A stretch of 64,000 nt of DNA from an uncultured delta proteobacterium. Lineage in GTDB: Bacteria > Myxococcota > Myxococcia > Myxococcales > Myxococcaceae. The translations under genes and the position numbers were made by a program. The notes under the pieces were generated by a model. That model saw only the letters and a program-made list of their open reading frames with translations. It was not told where the DNA came from and ran no database searches. Numbering within the stretch: the first letter of the stretch is position 1; each line of letters starts with the position of its first letter. The stretch lies in the NCBI GenBank assembly GCA_963796055.1, contig CAWCKH010000003.1, positions 352,001 through 416,000 of the forward strand, read 5' to 3'. Below, one piece after another: positions 1-9,471 of the stretch.

Positions 1-179
1 TCCCCCAGCTTGAAGTACGCCAGCCCGAGGAGGTTCTTCGCCTTCTCGTCCCCCGGGCGCATCTGGTACGCGCGCTCCAGATGCTCGCGGGCCTCGGTCA
101 CCTGACCCTGCTGGAGCAGCTCGCCCCCGCGGTAGAGGGCCTCGAGGAACACCGCGTCGGTGGCCTCCGCCGGATTCAC
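1..179 (-). CDS. TPR-repeat protein, 5' part only (runs off window start)
   Basis: Manual translation: (V)NPAEATDAVFLEALYRGGELLQQGQVTEAREHLERAYQMRPGDEKAKNLLGLAYFKLG, a typical TPR helix pair. The GTG start overlaps the TGA of the upstream gene. Confidence 0.75.
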   Translation of the reverse strand, partial: MNPAEATDAVFLEALYRGGELLQQGQVTEAREHLERAYQMRPGDEKAKNLLGLAYFKLG

Positions 180-811
180 CGCCACGCCGCCGGCTCCACC
201 TGCGAGGTCATCTCCCCCTCCTGCTTGTACTGGAAGTACAGCGCCAGGACCTTCTGCACGTAGGCCCGGGTCTCCTCGAAAGGAGGAACCTGGTTTCCGT
301 ACTTCCGCACCGCGTCCGGACCGGCGTTGTACGCGGCGACGATGGTCTCCATCTGACCGGCGAACTCGTTGGCCAGCACTCGGAGGTAACGGACTCCGCC
401 GAAGATGTTCTGCCGGGCGTCGAAGATGTCCCGCACGTACATCTCCGAGGCCGTCCCGGGCATCAGCTGCATCAGGCCCGAGGCACCCTTGCGCGAGAGC
501 GCGTGAGGATCGAAGTTGCTCTCGGCGTGGGCCACCGCCCGTACCAGCGCCAGCGGGATGTTGTACTTGCGCGCCGCCTCCTCCATCCATGCCAGGTAGA
601 GCGACGGAGCGATGACCGAGCGCGCCGGGGGCTCGGCCGGACGCGGCGCCTGGCGAAACGACGAGCCACCCAGGCGGCGCGCCTTCACCCCCGCGGGCGG
701 CACGTTGGTGTAGACGATGGTGCCGTCCTTCTCGCGGTAGGTGTAGATGGCGCTGGCGCGCACGGGCAGAGCCGGGAGCAGCGCGAGCAGGATCACGGGA
801 AGAAGACGCAT
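176..811 (-). CDS. SLT-family lytic transglycosylase with signal peptide and N-terminal DUF4124-like segment
   Basis: Motifs AVAHAESNF (catalytic Glu), GASGLMQLMP, AAYNAG and PPFEETRAYV; N-terminal IYTYREKDGTIVYTN. Confidence 0.92.
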   Translation of the reverse strand: MRLLPVILLALLPALPVRASAIYTYREKDGTIVYTNVPPAGVKARRLGGSSFRQAPRPAEPPARSVIAPSLYLAWMEEAARKYNIPLALVRAVAHAESNFDPHALSRKGASGLMQLMPGTASEMYVRDIFDARQNIFGGVRYLRVLANEFAGQMETIVAAYNAGPDAVRKYGNQVPPFEETRAYVQKVLALYFQYKQEGEMTSQVEPAAWR

Positions 812-910
812 CGCGGGGGAGCCAGCGACGACTCTACTGAACCCGCCGCGGAAACCTCAAGAAATGGCCTTGTTTCCGCCGGGTTGGGGGCGTTAGACGT
901 GGGTCGCAGG

Positions 911-2494
911 ATGCCCCAGCGGTTCGACTTCCTGGTGCTCGGTGGTGGCGTGGCGGGGCTGTCGTTCGCGCTCCAGGCCGCGCAGCGTGGGTCGGTCGCG
1001 GTGCTGACCAAGCGGAGCCGGTCCGAGAGCAACACCATGTACGCGCAAGGAGGAGTGGCGGCGGTCCTCTCGGAGCGCGACAGCTTCGAGCAGCACGTCG
1101 CGGACACGGTCGACGCCGGGGCGGGCCTGAACAACCCCGAGGCGGTCTCGATCACCGTCCACGACGGCCCGGAGCGCATCCGCGAGCTGGCGGCGCTGGG
1201 CGCACATTTCGATACCCGACCCGACGGGGAGTTCGATCTCGGCCGCGAGGGCGGGCACACCCGGCGCCGGATCGTCCACTCGGGCGACATCACCGGACGG
1301 GAGATCGAGCGCGCATTGCTCGCCGCCTGCGACGACCGCCCGAACATCCGGTTCTTCTCCGACTCGGCGGCGATCGACCTCATCCTCGACCGGCGGAGCC
1401 CCCACGGGCAGCCCCGGTGCCTGGGGGCCTACGTGCTGCTCCCCACCGGGGAGATCGAGACCTTCCTCGCACGGGTGACAGTGCTCGCCACCGGGGGCGC
1501 GGGAAAGGTGTACCTGTACACCACCAACCCGGACGTCGCGACCGGCGACGGGGTGGCGATGGCGTACCGGGCGGGGGCGCGGATCGCCAACATGGAGTTC
1601 TACCAGTTCCACCCCACCTGCCTCTTCAGCCCCGAGGCGAAGAACTTCCTCATCTCCGAGGCGCTGCGTGGCGAGGGCGGGAAGCTGCGGCTGCGCAACG
1701 GCGCGCCGTTCATGCAGCGTTACGACTCCCGCGCCGAGCTGGCGCCGCGCGACATCGTGGCCCGGGCCATCGACTCGGAGCTGAAGCGGACCGGTGACGA
1801 TTTCGTGCTCCTGGACATGACCCATCTTGGACGCGCCTTCCTCATCGAGCGCTTCCCCAACATCTACGAGACCTGCAAGGCGTTCGGCATCGACATGGCG
1901 GTCCAGCCCATCCCGGTGGTCCCCGCGGCCCACTACCAGTGCGGCGGGGTGTCCACCGACCTCGGCGGGCGGACCAGCGTGCCGGGGCTCTTCGCGGTGG
2001 GTGAGGTGGCGCACACCGGGCTGCACGGCGCGAACCGGCTGGCCTCGAACTCGCTGCTCGAGGGCCTGGTGTTCGGCCACCGGGCAGCACGCGTCGCGGC
2101 CGAGGAGCCCGCTGCCGGGGCGCAGGCCGACGACGTTCCACCCTGGGACCCCGGCGCGGCGGTGGACCCCAACGAGGCGGTGCTGGTCACCCACAACTGG
2201 GAGGAGGTCCGCCGGCTGATGTGGAACTACGTGGGCATCGTCCGGACCGACAAGCGGCTGATGCGCGCCCGCCGCCGGCTGGATCTGCTGCGCGAGGAGA
2301 TCCGGGACTACTACTGGCGGTTCAAGGTGACCCGCGACGTGATCGAGCTGCGCAACATCGCCGACGTCGCGCACCTCATCGTCGAGTGCGCCAGCCGTCG
2401 CAAGGAGAGCCGCGGCCTGCACTACACGCTCGACTACCCGAACCGCGACGACCACAACTGGAACAAGGACACCGTCGTCCAGCGCGAGATCTGA
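911..2494 (+). CDS. nadB: L-aspartate oxidase
   Basis: GGGVAG FAD motif, AQGGVAA, REGGH, QFHPT, LISEALRGEGG, GLHGANRLASNSLLE and RKESRGLHY. Start set at ATG 911. Confidence 0.95.
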   Translation: MPQRFDFLVLGGGVAGLSFALQAAQRGSVAVLTKRSRSESNTMYAQGGVAAVLSERDSFEQHVADTVDAGAGLNNPEAVSITVHDGPERIRELAALGAHFDTRPDGEFDLGREGGHTRRRIVHSGDITGREIERALLAACDDRPNIRFFSDSAAIDLILDRRSPHGQPRCLGAYVLLPTGEIETFLARVTVLATGGAGKVYLYTTNPDVATGDGVAMAYRAGARIANMEFYQFHPTCLFSPEAKNFLISEALRGEGGKLRLRNGAPFMQRYDSRAELAPRDIVARAIDSELKRTGDDFVLLDMTHLGRAFLIERFPNIYETCKAFGIDMAVQPIPVVPAAHYQCGGVSTDLGGRTSVPGLFAVGEVAHTGLHGANRLASNSLLEGLVFGHRAARVAAEEPAAGAQADDVPPWDPGAAVDPNEAVLVTHNWEEVRRLMWNYVGIVRTDKRLMRARRRLDLLREEIRDYYWRFKVTRDVIELRNIADVAHLIVECASRRKESRGLHYTLDYPNRDDHNWNKDTVVQREI

Positions 2495-2498
2495 AGCG

Positions 2499-3188
2499 GT
2501 GGAACCCACTCCGACTCCGCCGCCGCAGCCGGTGCCCCGGCTCCCGCCCCCGCTGTTCTCGTGGATCTTCCTCGGGGTCTGCGTGCTGGTGTTCCTGCCG
2601 CACGCGCTCGACGGAGAGCCACCCGACCGGTTCCTCCTCTATGGCCCGGCCATCGCCGCCGGGGAGTGGTGGCGGGTGCTCACCTCGAGCGTCGAGCACG
2701 TGACGCCGATGCACATCCTGGCCAACGGGGTGAGCATCTGGAGCTTTGGCCCGGTGGTGGAGCGGCAGATTGGCACCGCGAGGCTGGCCGTGGCCTCGCT
2801 CATCGCCGGGCTTCTGTCCTCGGCGACCGCGCTGGCCTTCATGTGGCTCTACCCCAGCGCCGGGGCCTCGGGGGTCATCGCCGGGTGGCTCGGGCTGGCC
2901 CTGCCCATCTTCGACGGGCGGGCGCGGAAGGTCCTGGTGCAGTGGACCATCCTCCTGGTCCTGGTGAGCCTGGTGCCGCGGGTGAGCTGGGCCGCGCACC
3001 TGGGCGGCTTCGTCGGGGGGCTGGTGCTGGGGCTGCTCATCCGTCTCGGGGCGCGCAGCGGCGGGCCAACCCGACCCTTCTGGCTCTTCGACCGCCTCGC
3101 GCTCCCGCTGCTCCTCCTGGCCGCGCTGGCGGTGTTCCTGGTGGTGCGCTGGCATGCCGGAGTGAGCCCGGGAATCCTGCCCGCATGA
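2499..3188 (+). CDS. Rhomboid-family intramembrane serine protease
   Basis: WWR motif, HxxxxHILAN, GASG catalytic Ser, AHLGG catalytic His, multiple TM helices. Confidence 0.9.
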   Translation: MEPTPTPPPQPVPRLPPPLFSWIFLGVCVLVFLPHALDGEPPDRFLLYGPAIAAGEWWRVLTSSVEHVTPMHILANGVSIWSFGPVVERQIGTARLAVASLIAGLLSSATALAFMWLYPSAGASGVIAGWLGLALPIFDGRARKVLVQWTILLVLVSLVPRVSWAAHLGGFVGGLVLGLLIRLGARSGGPTRPFWLFDRLALPLLLLAALAVFLVVRWHAGVSPGILPA

Positions 3189-3739
3189 CCCGCCCGTTCC
3201 ACGTCTGCGTCTTCTGCGGCGCACGCAGCGGAAACACCTCGGCCTACGCCGCGGCGGCGGCGGCGCTCGGGCGGCGCATCGGCGAGCGCGGCCTCGGCCT
3301 GGTGTACGGCGGCGCGCGGGTGGGGCTGATGGGCACCCTGGCCGACGCGGCGCTCTCGGCGGGAGCGCCGGTCCTCGGGGTGCTACCCCGGGCGCTTTCG
3401 AGCGTGGAGGTCGCCCACCCCGGCCTCACCGAGCTGATCCTGGTCGACGGGCTCCACGCGCGGAAGGCGCGGATGACCGCGGAGAGCGACGCCTTCATCG
3501 CGCTCCCTGGCGGCTTCGGAACGCTCGACGAGCTGTTCGAGGCGCTCACCTGGGCCCAGCTGGGGCTGCACACCCGTCCGCTGGGGCTGCTGAACGTCGA
3601 CGGGTTCTGGGATCCCCTGGTGGCCACCATCGACCGACAGGCCGCCCAGGGCTTCGTCACCCCGTCCGACCGGGCCCGGCTCTCGGTCGAGGCCGGGCCC
3701 GATGCGCTGCTCGACGCGCTCGGCGCACCGCGCGGTTGA
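3185..3739 (+). CDS. LOG family (TIGR00730-type) nucleotide phosphoribohydrolase
   Basis: VCVFCGA, LVYGGARVGLMG and PGGFGTLDEL motifs; the ATG overlaps the rhomboid stop (ATGA). Confidence 0.9.
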   Translation: MTRPFHVCVFCGARSGNTSAYAAAAAALGRRIGERGLGLVYGGARVGLMGTLADAALSAGAPVLGVLPRALSSVEVAHPGLTELILVDGLHARKARMTAESDAFIALPGGFGTLDELFEALTWAQLGLHTRPLGLLNVDGFWDPLVATIDRQAAQGFVTPSDRARLSVEAGPDALLDALGAPRG

Positions 3740-3775
3740 TAGGCTCGCCGGCCAGATGCGCTGGAACAATCCGCG

Positions 3776-4909
3776 ATGGTCCGCCGTTGTCCTCCGGACG
3801 AGGGGCGGGCGAGCGGGGCCCCTCGGGGGCGAGTGAGGGAGGAGCAGCGAGCCGTGCCGACGCAGCGGAGGCTCGTCCGGAAGAGGCCCTTCCTCCGGGC
3901 GCTGGCGGTCTCTCTGCTGCTCCACGCAGCGCTGCTGGCCTGGCTGGTCCGCACCGTCACCCGGCCGGCGCGTCCACCGCCCCGCCCGGCGACGCGCATC
4001 TCGCTGCGCCCGTTGCCGCCTCGCCCACCGGCGCCGGATCGGCATGCGCCGCCCCCGAAGTCGCCACGCGGCCCGGCCCGGCCCTCCGCTCCGGCCACTG
4101 CCTCCCGTCCACCCCCGGAGGGCAGCACGACTCCCTCTCCGTCCGCCCCGCCAGGACCGCCGGCCACCGATGCGCCCATCCAGCTCTTCCCCGGAGGGGC
4201 GGTGGCTCGCGGCGCAGGGCCGGTCCCACCCGGAGACTCCGGCGCGTCCACCGCCCGCGACGGCCCCGAGAGCCGCGAGGCGGAGGGCCGCCGGGTGCAG
4301 CAGCGGGTGGAGAGCTGGCGCAGCGAGGGTCTGGCCGAGCGGCTCGTCGCCACCGGAGTCGACGACTACTTCAAGGACTACCGGCGGGCGCTGCAGGCCA
4401 ACATGGGTCCACCTCCCCCGGGCGGAGGGCCGAAGCACGGAGATCCCACCGCCGGCCAGCGGTGGATCAACGCCTGGCTCGCCGCGCTCGAGGAGGCCGA
4501 TCCCTCGCGCGACCCTCCGCCCAAGGGCGAGCGGATGCCCGACCGCGACGTGCAGGACGTCACCGGCCGGATGGAGGAGTTCGTCGGTAACCGCCTCGGG
4601 CCAATGGCGGTGCAGCCGAGCTTCGCCGCGCAGCGGCTCCTCCAGCGCGCCGCGGCCGGAATCCCGGTGGCGGTGCTCCGCATCGTGCAGCGCGCGGACG
4701 GGTCCATCGCCTCGACCGAGCTGGTGGCCTCGAGCGGGGACAAGGCCTTCGACGCCTACGTCGTGGAGCACGCCCCGCTGGCGCTGGCCGCGGTGCCTCG
4801 GCCGCCCGCGCGGCAGGGCGCAGGGCTACATCCGGATGGCACGCGGACCGAGTGGGCCTTCTACCGCGCCGAGGGAGGCTGCGGGCTGCTCCTCCTCCGG
4901 GTGTACTGA
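3776..4909 (+). CDS. TonB/TolA-like protein: single TM helix, Pro-rich linker, TonB-C-like C-terminal domain (start uncertain)
   Basis: TM LAVSLLLHAALLAWL with the SxxxH pattern; Pro-rich stretch; C-terminal DGSIASTELVASSGDKAFDAY. Confidence 0.6.
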   Translation: MVRRCPPDEGRASGAPRGRVREEQRAVPTQRRLVRKRPFLRALAVSLLLHAALLAWLVRTVTRPARPPPRPATRISLRPLPPRPPAPDRHAPPPKSPRGPARPSAPATASRPPPEGSTTPSPSAPPGPPATDAPIQLFPGGAVARGAGPVPPGDSGASTARDGPESREAEGRRVQQRVESWRSEGLAERLVATGVDDYFKDYRRALQANMGPPPPGGGPKHGDPTAGQRWINAWLAALEEADPSRDPPPKGERMPDRDVQDVTGRMEEFVGNRLGPMAVQPSFAAQRLLQRAAAGIPVAVLRIVQRADGSIASTELVASSGDKAFDAYVVEHAPLALAAVPRPPARQGAGLHPDGTRTEWAFYRAEGGCGLLLLRVY

Positions 4910-4961
4910 CCGCGCCGATGGCGCGAGGGGGATCTCGGCTCAGTCCCCCGCACCAGGGGGC

Positions 4962-5636
4962 TCAGTGTCCGGGCGGAGGGGGCGGCGGGACCGGGGGCGG
5001 GCCCGGCTCCGGTGGCACCTCGACGGGGAACTTCATCTCCACCTGCCCCTGGGTGGAGGACATGCGGAACAGCAGCGCCCGCGTGGCGGGGCCGACGAGC
5101 GGCCGACCGGCGACGGTGAGCGGGAAGCGCACGGTGTACATGGTCCAGAAGTCGCCCAGGTACGGGTAATAGGCGCGGAGATCCTGGTTGGCGCGTCCCA
5201 CCCGCTTGATGGCCAGCGGGGTGACCTCTCCCTGGTCGGTGGCGAGACTGAGCCGCCAGATGGTGTTCTTGGAGTCGAAGTCGTCGAAGCGCCGGTCGAC
5301 GAGGCTCACCCCGAAGACCAGCTCGTGGGCCTGGGCGGCGGCGGCGCGCTCGACGGCCAGCGTCTCCTCCAGCTTCGCCTCGGGCCAGGTCTGGAACAGC
5401 GCCTGGCGGCGGACGCGCGCTTCGCGGAACTCCGAGCTCTGGTAGGTGGCGGCGCAGTAGAGCCGGGTGTCGAGCCCCGAGTAGACCTCGCGGTGGTCGG
5501 TGAACCGCTCGAGCGCGTGCTGGTAGGTCAGCTCGGCGTTCCGGTCGGGGAGCTCCGGGCCTGGCTCGCCGATGACCGGGGGGACGGCGGCACAACCGGC
5601 GGCGCCGAGCAGGACCAGCAGCGGCGCGGTCCTCAC
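4962..5636 (-). CDS. Predicted lipoprotein of unknown function
   Basis: GTG start overlaps the pyrE stop; hydrophobic signal ending LGAAGC (lipobox-like). Confidence 0.7.
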   Translation of the reverse strand: MRTAPLLVLLGAAGCAAVPPVIGEPGPELPDRNAELTYQHALERFTDHREVYSGLDTRLYCAATYQSSEFREARVRRQALFQTWPEAKLEETLAVERAAAAQAHELVFGVSLVDRRFDDFDSKNTIWRLSLATDQGEVTPLAIKRVGRANQDLRAYYPYLGDFWTMYTVRFPLTVAGRPLVGPATRALLFRMSSTQGQVEMKFPVEVPPEPGPPPVPPPPPPGH

Positions 5637-6193
5637 GGCAGGAAGTCGTTCCGGGTGAAGAGGGTGGACAGCCCGTAGCCCTTCTGGGTGACCGCCTCGC
5701 GTCCTCCCTCCAGCCGGTCGACGAGGGCGAAGACGCAGCGGACCCGCAGGCCCGAGGCCTCCACCCGCTCGATGGCCTTCAGCGTGCTCGCGCCGGTGGT
5801 CACCACGTCCTCCACCACCGCCACCTCGGCGCGATCGGCGATCAGGCTCCGGCCCTCGATCCACTCGCCGGTGCCGTGGCCCTTCGGCTCTTTGCGCACG
5901 ATGAAGGCCGGGATGGGCGAGCCGGCGAGGTAGCTGGTGAAGCTCACCGCGGAGGCGAGCGGATCGGCCCCGAGGGTGAGCCCCCCCACCGCGGCCGCGG
6001 CCGGCGCGAGCCGCTGGATGTCGCGCCACAGCAGGCGCCCGACGAGGAAGTGGCCCTCGGCGGTGAGCACCGTTCGCTTGCAGTCGATGTAGAAGTCGCT
6101 CTCCTTGCCCGAGGAGAGCGTCACCCGCCGCTTCTCGAACGACAGCTGGGTCAGCAGCTCGAGGAGCCGCGCACGATCCCGGTCCAGCGCCAT
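5633..6193 (-). CDS. pyrE: Orotate phosphoribosyltransferase
   Basis: LSSGKESDFYIDC, RKEPKGHG and the PRPP motif VVEDVVTTGAS. Confidence 0.95.
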   Translation of the reverse strand: MALDRDRARLLELLTQLSFEKRRVTLSSGKESDFYIDCKRTVLTAEGHFLVGRLLWRDIQRLAPAAAAVGGLTLGADPLASAVSFTSYLAGSPIPAFIVRKEPKGHGTGEWIEGRSLIADRAEVAVVEDVVTTGASTLKAIERVEASGLRVRCVFALVDRLEGGREAVTQKGYGLSTLFTRNDFLP

Positions 6194-6197
6194 GGGG

Positions 6198-7004
6198 TCA
6201 GGACTCCTCCTCGAAGTAGGCCACCAGCTCGGCCGCGTAGCGGAGCTGCTGCAGCAGCTCGGCCCGCCGACCGGGCTCGAGCGCGTCGAACACCGGCGCG
6301 AGCAGCGCCAGGTCCTGGTTCAGCTCTCCCATGCGGGCGGTGAGCTCGGAGGCCAGCTCGTCGGCGTCGACCTCCTCCTCGCCCTCGCCCTCCACCATCT
6401 CCGGGGCGAGCCCGTCGTCGCTGGCCTGCGCCCGGCCGAGCATGTCGCGGGCCGGGGCGGACAGCCGCCCCTCCTGGTCCAGCCGGGCCTCGATCCCGGC
6501 GAGGTCCTCGGGCGTGGCCGCGGCCCCGTGGAGGATGCCGGCGAGCGCGACCAGGAGCGCGTCCTCGTCCGACAGCCGCGCGTGGACCCGTGCCAGCACC
6601 GACGTCCGCTGCAGGAACCGAAGCGCCGCGACCCGGCGGAACCCGGCCACCAGCTGGTAGCGGTCGGTCCCCGCGCGCGGGCGCACCTCCACCGGGAAGG
6701 CCTGCCCCAGCCGGGCGAGGTCCATCGCCAGCCGGCCCACCTCTCCCACCGGCCGGAGCTGGAAGGTGTCGTCCTCGTCGACGGTATCGAGCGGGATGAG
6801 CCGCTCCTCCACCTCGGGCGGTCGCTCCAGCCGCGGGGTGGGGGTGGGCTCGACCCGCGGGGGCAAGCTGGGCATCGCGGCGTCGGCGGCAACGGTGCCG
6901 TCGGCATCGAGCGCCTCGGGGCTGGAGGGTGCCTCGCCGGGTTGGGGCCCGGGGCGCTCCTCGGGGGAGTCCGAGGTCATCTCCTGGTGCTCGCGCCTCT
7001 CCAT
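6198..7004 (-). CDS. padC: ParB/Srx-domain protein, PadC-like
   Basis: [13 protein letters not shown] (GxxRxxA ParB-type motif), disordered N-terminus, and position immediately downstream of three bactofilin genes as in M. xanthus. Confidence 0.8.
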   Translation of the reverse strand: MERREHQEMTSDSPEERPGPQPGEAPSSPEALDADGTVAADAAMPSLPPRVEPTPTPRLERPPEVEERLIPLDTVDEDDTFQLRPVGEVGRLAMDLARLGQAFPVEVRPRAGTDRYQLVAGFRRVAALRFLQRTSVLARVHARLSDEDALLVALAGILHGAAATPEDLAGIEARLDQEGRLSAPARDMLGRAQASDDGLAPEMVEGEGEEEVDADELASELTARMGELNQDLALLAPVFDALEPGRRAELLQQLRYAAELVAYFEEES

Positions 7005-7061
7005 GGACCCGTGCGGTGCACGCTACCGCGGGCGGGGGGGCCACGGGAACGTGCCCGCCGG

Positions 7062-7670
7062 TCACTTCTTCTTCTTCAGCACGACCTTCTTCTTGGCCCC
7101 TGCGGCCACCACCGGCGGTGCGGGGGGCGCGGGCGGTGTGGGCCGGGCGGCCTCGGTGCGGACGATGCCCGGCATGCCTCCCGGCTTCTTCGCCGGCGTG
7201 ACCGCCGCGGGGCTCCCCGGACGCTGAGCGGTCGCCGCGGCCGGGCGCGGGGGTGGAGGAGGCAGGCTCCGGACGGTCGGCCGCAGCTGGGTGCGGGGGG
7301 TGCTCCGCTCGGGCAGGCTCCGGCCGGGCGGCAGCTCGCCCATGTCCACGCGCCCCCGGAAGCTCGCCCCGTCGACGATGATCACCCGGGGCGCACGGAT
7401 GTCACCGACCATCCGGCCCTCCTGGGTGAGCTCCACGCTCTCGGTGGCCTGGATGTTTCCCACCACCACGCCGCTCACCACCGCGTTCTTCACCGTGACG
7501 TTGGCCTTCACCACGCCGGAGGGCTCGACGATGAGCGTCCGGGTCAAGGACAGCTCGCCCTCCACCCGACCACGGACGGTGAGGTCCTCGTCCCCGGTGA
7601 GCTTCCCGTTGATGAGGATGGATGGACCGATGACCGTGTTGCCGCTCGTGATCAGATCCTTGGCGGCCAT
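7062..7670 (-). CDS. bacP: Bactofilin with Pro-rich, Lys-terminated tail (BacP-like)
   Basis: Bactofilin beta-helix (TVIGPSILINGKL...DGASFRGRVDM) followed by a Pro/Arg tail ending KKKVVLKKKK. Confidence 0.85.
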   Translation of the reverse strand: MAAKDLITSGNTVIGPSILINGKLTGDEDLTVRGRVEGELSLTRTLIVEPSGVVKANVTVKNAVVSGVVVGNIQATESVELTQEGRMVGDIRAPRVIIVDGASFRGRVDMGELPPGRSLPERSTPRTQLRPTVRSLPPPPPRPAAATAQRPGSPAAVTPAKKPGGMPGIVRTEAARPTPPAPPAPPVVAAGAKKKVVLKKKK

Positions 7671-7673
7671 GGG

Positions 7674-8030
7674 TCAGCGTTCCTTGACGTCCATGTCCAC
7701 GTTGCCCTTGAAGCTCGCGCCGTCGGCGATGAGGATCCGCGGCGCCTTCACGTCGCCCACCACGCGGCAGTCGGCCTTGAGCTCGACCTTGTCGCTGGCC
7801 TGGATGTTCCCGGTCACCCGGCCGGCAATCTCCACGTTCTGGGTCTCGATGTCGGCCTCCACCACGCCCGAGCCCTCGACGTAGAGGCTCTCGCGCAGGG
7901 AGATCTTCCCCTTCACCGTGCCCTGGATGACGAGGTCCTCGTCGCCCGAGATCTCTCCGTCGATGACGATGCTGGATCCGATGACCGTGTTCGCCACGTG
8001 CGTTCCGTCCTTCCCTGGTCTGTTCGCCAC
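7674..8030 (-). CDS. bacO: Bactofilin (BacO-like); true start may be the downstream GTG near 7997
   Basis: TVIGSSIVIDGEI...ADGASFKGNVDM; middle gene of the triplet. Confidence 0.85.
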   Translation of the reverse strand: MANRPGKDGTHVANTVIGSSIVIDGEISGDEDLVIQGTVKGKISLRESLYVEGSGVVEADIETQNVEIAGRVTGNIQASDKVELKADCRVVGDVKAPRILIADGASFKGNVDMDVKER

Positions 8031-8136
8031 GCTCGCGGGAATCGCGGGGAAACCCCCGCGCGGTTCCTCACGCCGGAGCAGCTTTCTCTGAAATGTCTAC
8101 GTTTGTCGCTCCCGCCGCCCTCGCCGCAGTCGCGCG

Positions 8137-8481
8137 CTAGATGTCCTCGGGCAGCTTGACGTCCATCTCGATGGAGCCGTTGAACACCGCGCCGTCCTCG
8201 ATCACCACCCGGGGAGCCTTGATGTCTCCGGCCACCTTCGCCGACGCGGAGATCGCCACCCGCGAGCTGGCGTCGATGTTGCCGCTCGCCTCGCCGTTGA
8301 TGGTCAGCTCGTCCGCCCGGATGTCCGCCTGCACCCGTCCGGTGCTCTCGATGGTGAGGTGGTTCTTCAGGGCGATCTGCCCCTCCACCCGGCCCTCGAT
8401 GACGAGGTTGCCACCCCCGGTGAGGTTTCCCCGGATGACGATGCCTTTCCCGATGACTCCCACCTGATCGGCCTGTGCCAT
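8137..8481 (-). CDS. bacN: Bactofilin (BacN-like)
   Basis: GVIGKGIVIRGNL...EDGAVFNGSIEM; first gene of the triplet. Confidence 0.85.
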   Translation of the reverse strand: MAQADQVGVIGKGIVIRGNLTGGGNLVIEGRVEGQIALKNHLTIESTGRVQADIRADELTINGEASGNIDASSRVAISASAKVAGDIKAPRVVIEDGAVFNGSIEMDVKLPEDI

Positions 8482-8509
8482 CAATGCCCCTGTCGTCGAA
8501 AACCGTACG

Positions 8510-9361
8510 CTAGAGATGCTCTGAGATCCAGCGAGAGGTTTCGGCGTACACGTCCTCCTTGCCGATCTCGTTGAAGATCTCGTGTCGCATGGACGGCCAC
8601 TCCCGGAGTCGCTTGTCGGGTGTGGTCAGCGTCTCGAACCACCGCCGCGACACCGCAGCGGAGGCGACGCGGTCGTCACCGGGCAGCATCAGCAGCACTG
8701 GAATCCGGAGCCGCTTGGCGGAGGCGAGCACCTCGGCCTGGGTCCGGGTGTGCTCGGTGAACCAGCGCGGAGTGGCCTTGCGGCCGTAGAGCGGGTCGTC
8801 GTCGGTGGCCCGTTGCCAGGCCGGATCGCGGCTCAGATCGGTGGAGGAGATCCCGGTGGGGATCGGCAGCGACGGCGCCAGGCGCGACAGCAGCACCGCG
8901 GGCGCGGTCTTCCACGCTGGCGGGGTGAAGGCCAGCCCCAGGTACGGCGCGGAGAGGACCAGTCCGTGCAGGCCGAAGGCGAGGACAGGGTCCGGCCCCG
9001 GAGCGCCGAGCCAGCTCAGGGTGATGAGCGCCCCGTGGCTGTGAGCGACGAGGAAGAGCGGAAGGCCCGCCGCGATCGCATGCACCGAGCGGACGAAGGC
9101 CCCGAGCTCGTCGGTGTACTCGGAGAACGCGCGTACCCCGCCGCGCGGGCCATCGCTCCGCCCGTGGCCCCGGACGTCGTAGGCGTGCACCGCGTGGCGC
9201 TCGGCGAGCATCGCGTCGCGGAAGGTGCGGTAGCGGCCGAGGTGGTCGCCGTACCCGTGTACCAGGACGAGGTGTGCCCGGGCCCCGTCCGGGACGTCGC
9301 GCTCGAACCACAGGCGCGTGCCGTCCGGCGCCGAGAAGTGGCCTTCCTGGTGGTGGTTCAT
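8510..9361 (-). CDS. agmH: Alpha/beta hydrolase, lysophospholipase-like (AgmH-like by synteny)
   Basis: VHGYGDH, DVRGHGRS, AHSHG nucleophile elbow and C-terminal HEIFNE. The gene symbol rests on synteny with bacNOP. Confidence 0.75.
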   Translation of the reverse strand: MNHHQEGHFSAPDGTRLWFERDVPDGARAHLVLVHGYGDHLGRYRTFRDAMLAERHAVHAYDVRGHGRSDGPRGGVRAFSEYTDELGAFVRSVHAIAAGLPLFLVAHSHGALITLSWLGAPGPDPVLAFGLHGLVLSAPYLGLAFTPPAWKTAPAVLLSRLAPSLPIPTGISSTDLSRDPAWQRATDDDPLYGRKATPRWFTEHTRTQAEVLASAKRLRIPVLLMLPGDDRVASAAVSRRWFETLTTPDKRLREWPSMRHEIFNEIGKEDVYAETSRWISEHL

Positions 9362-9471
9362 CGGGGGAGCGGCCGCCCGGGAGGAGGCCGCCGGCTGAAA
9401 TCATGCCCGGAGGATCCGACGGAGGTCCACCGGAAGTCACACCGGACGGGCCGCCGGAGGGCCGATCAGGT

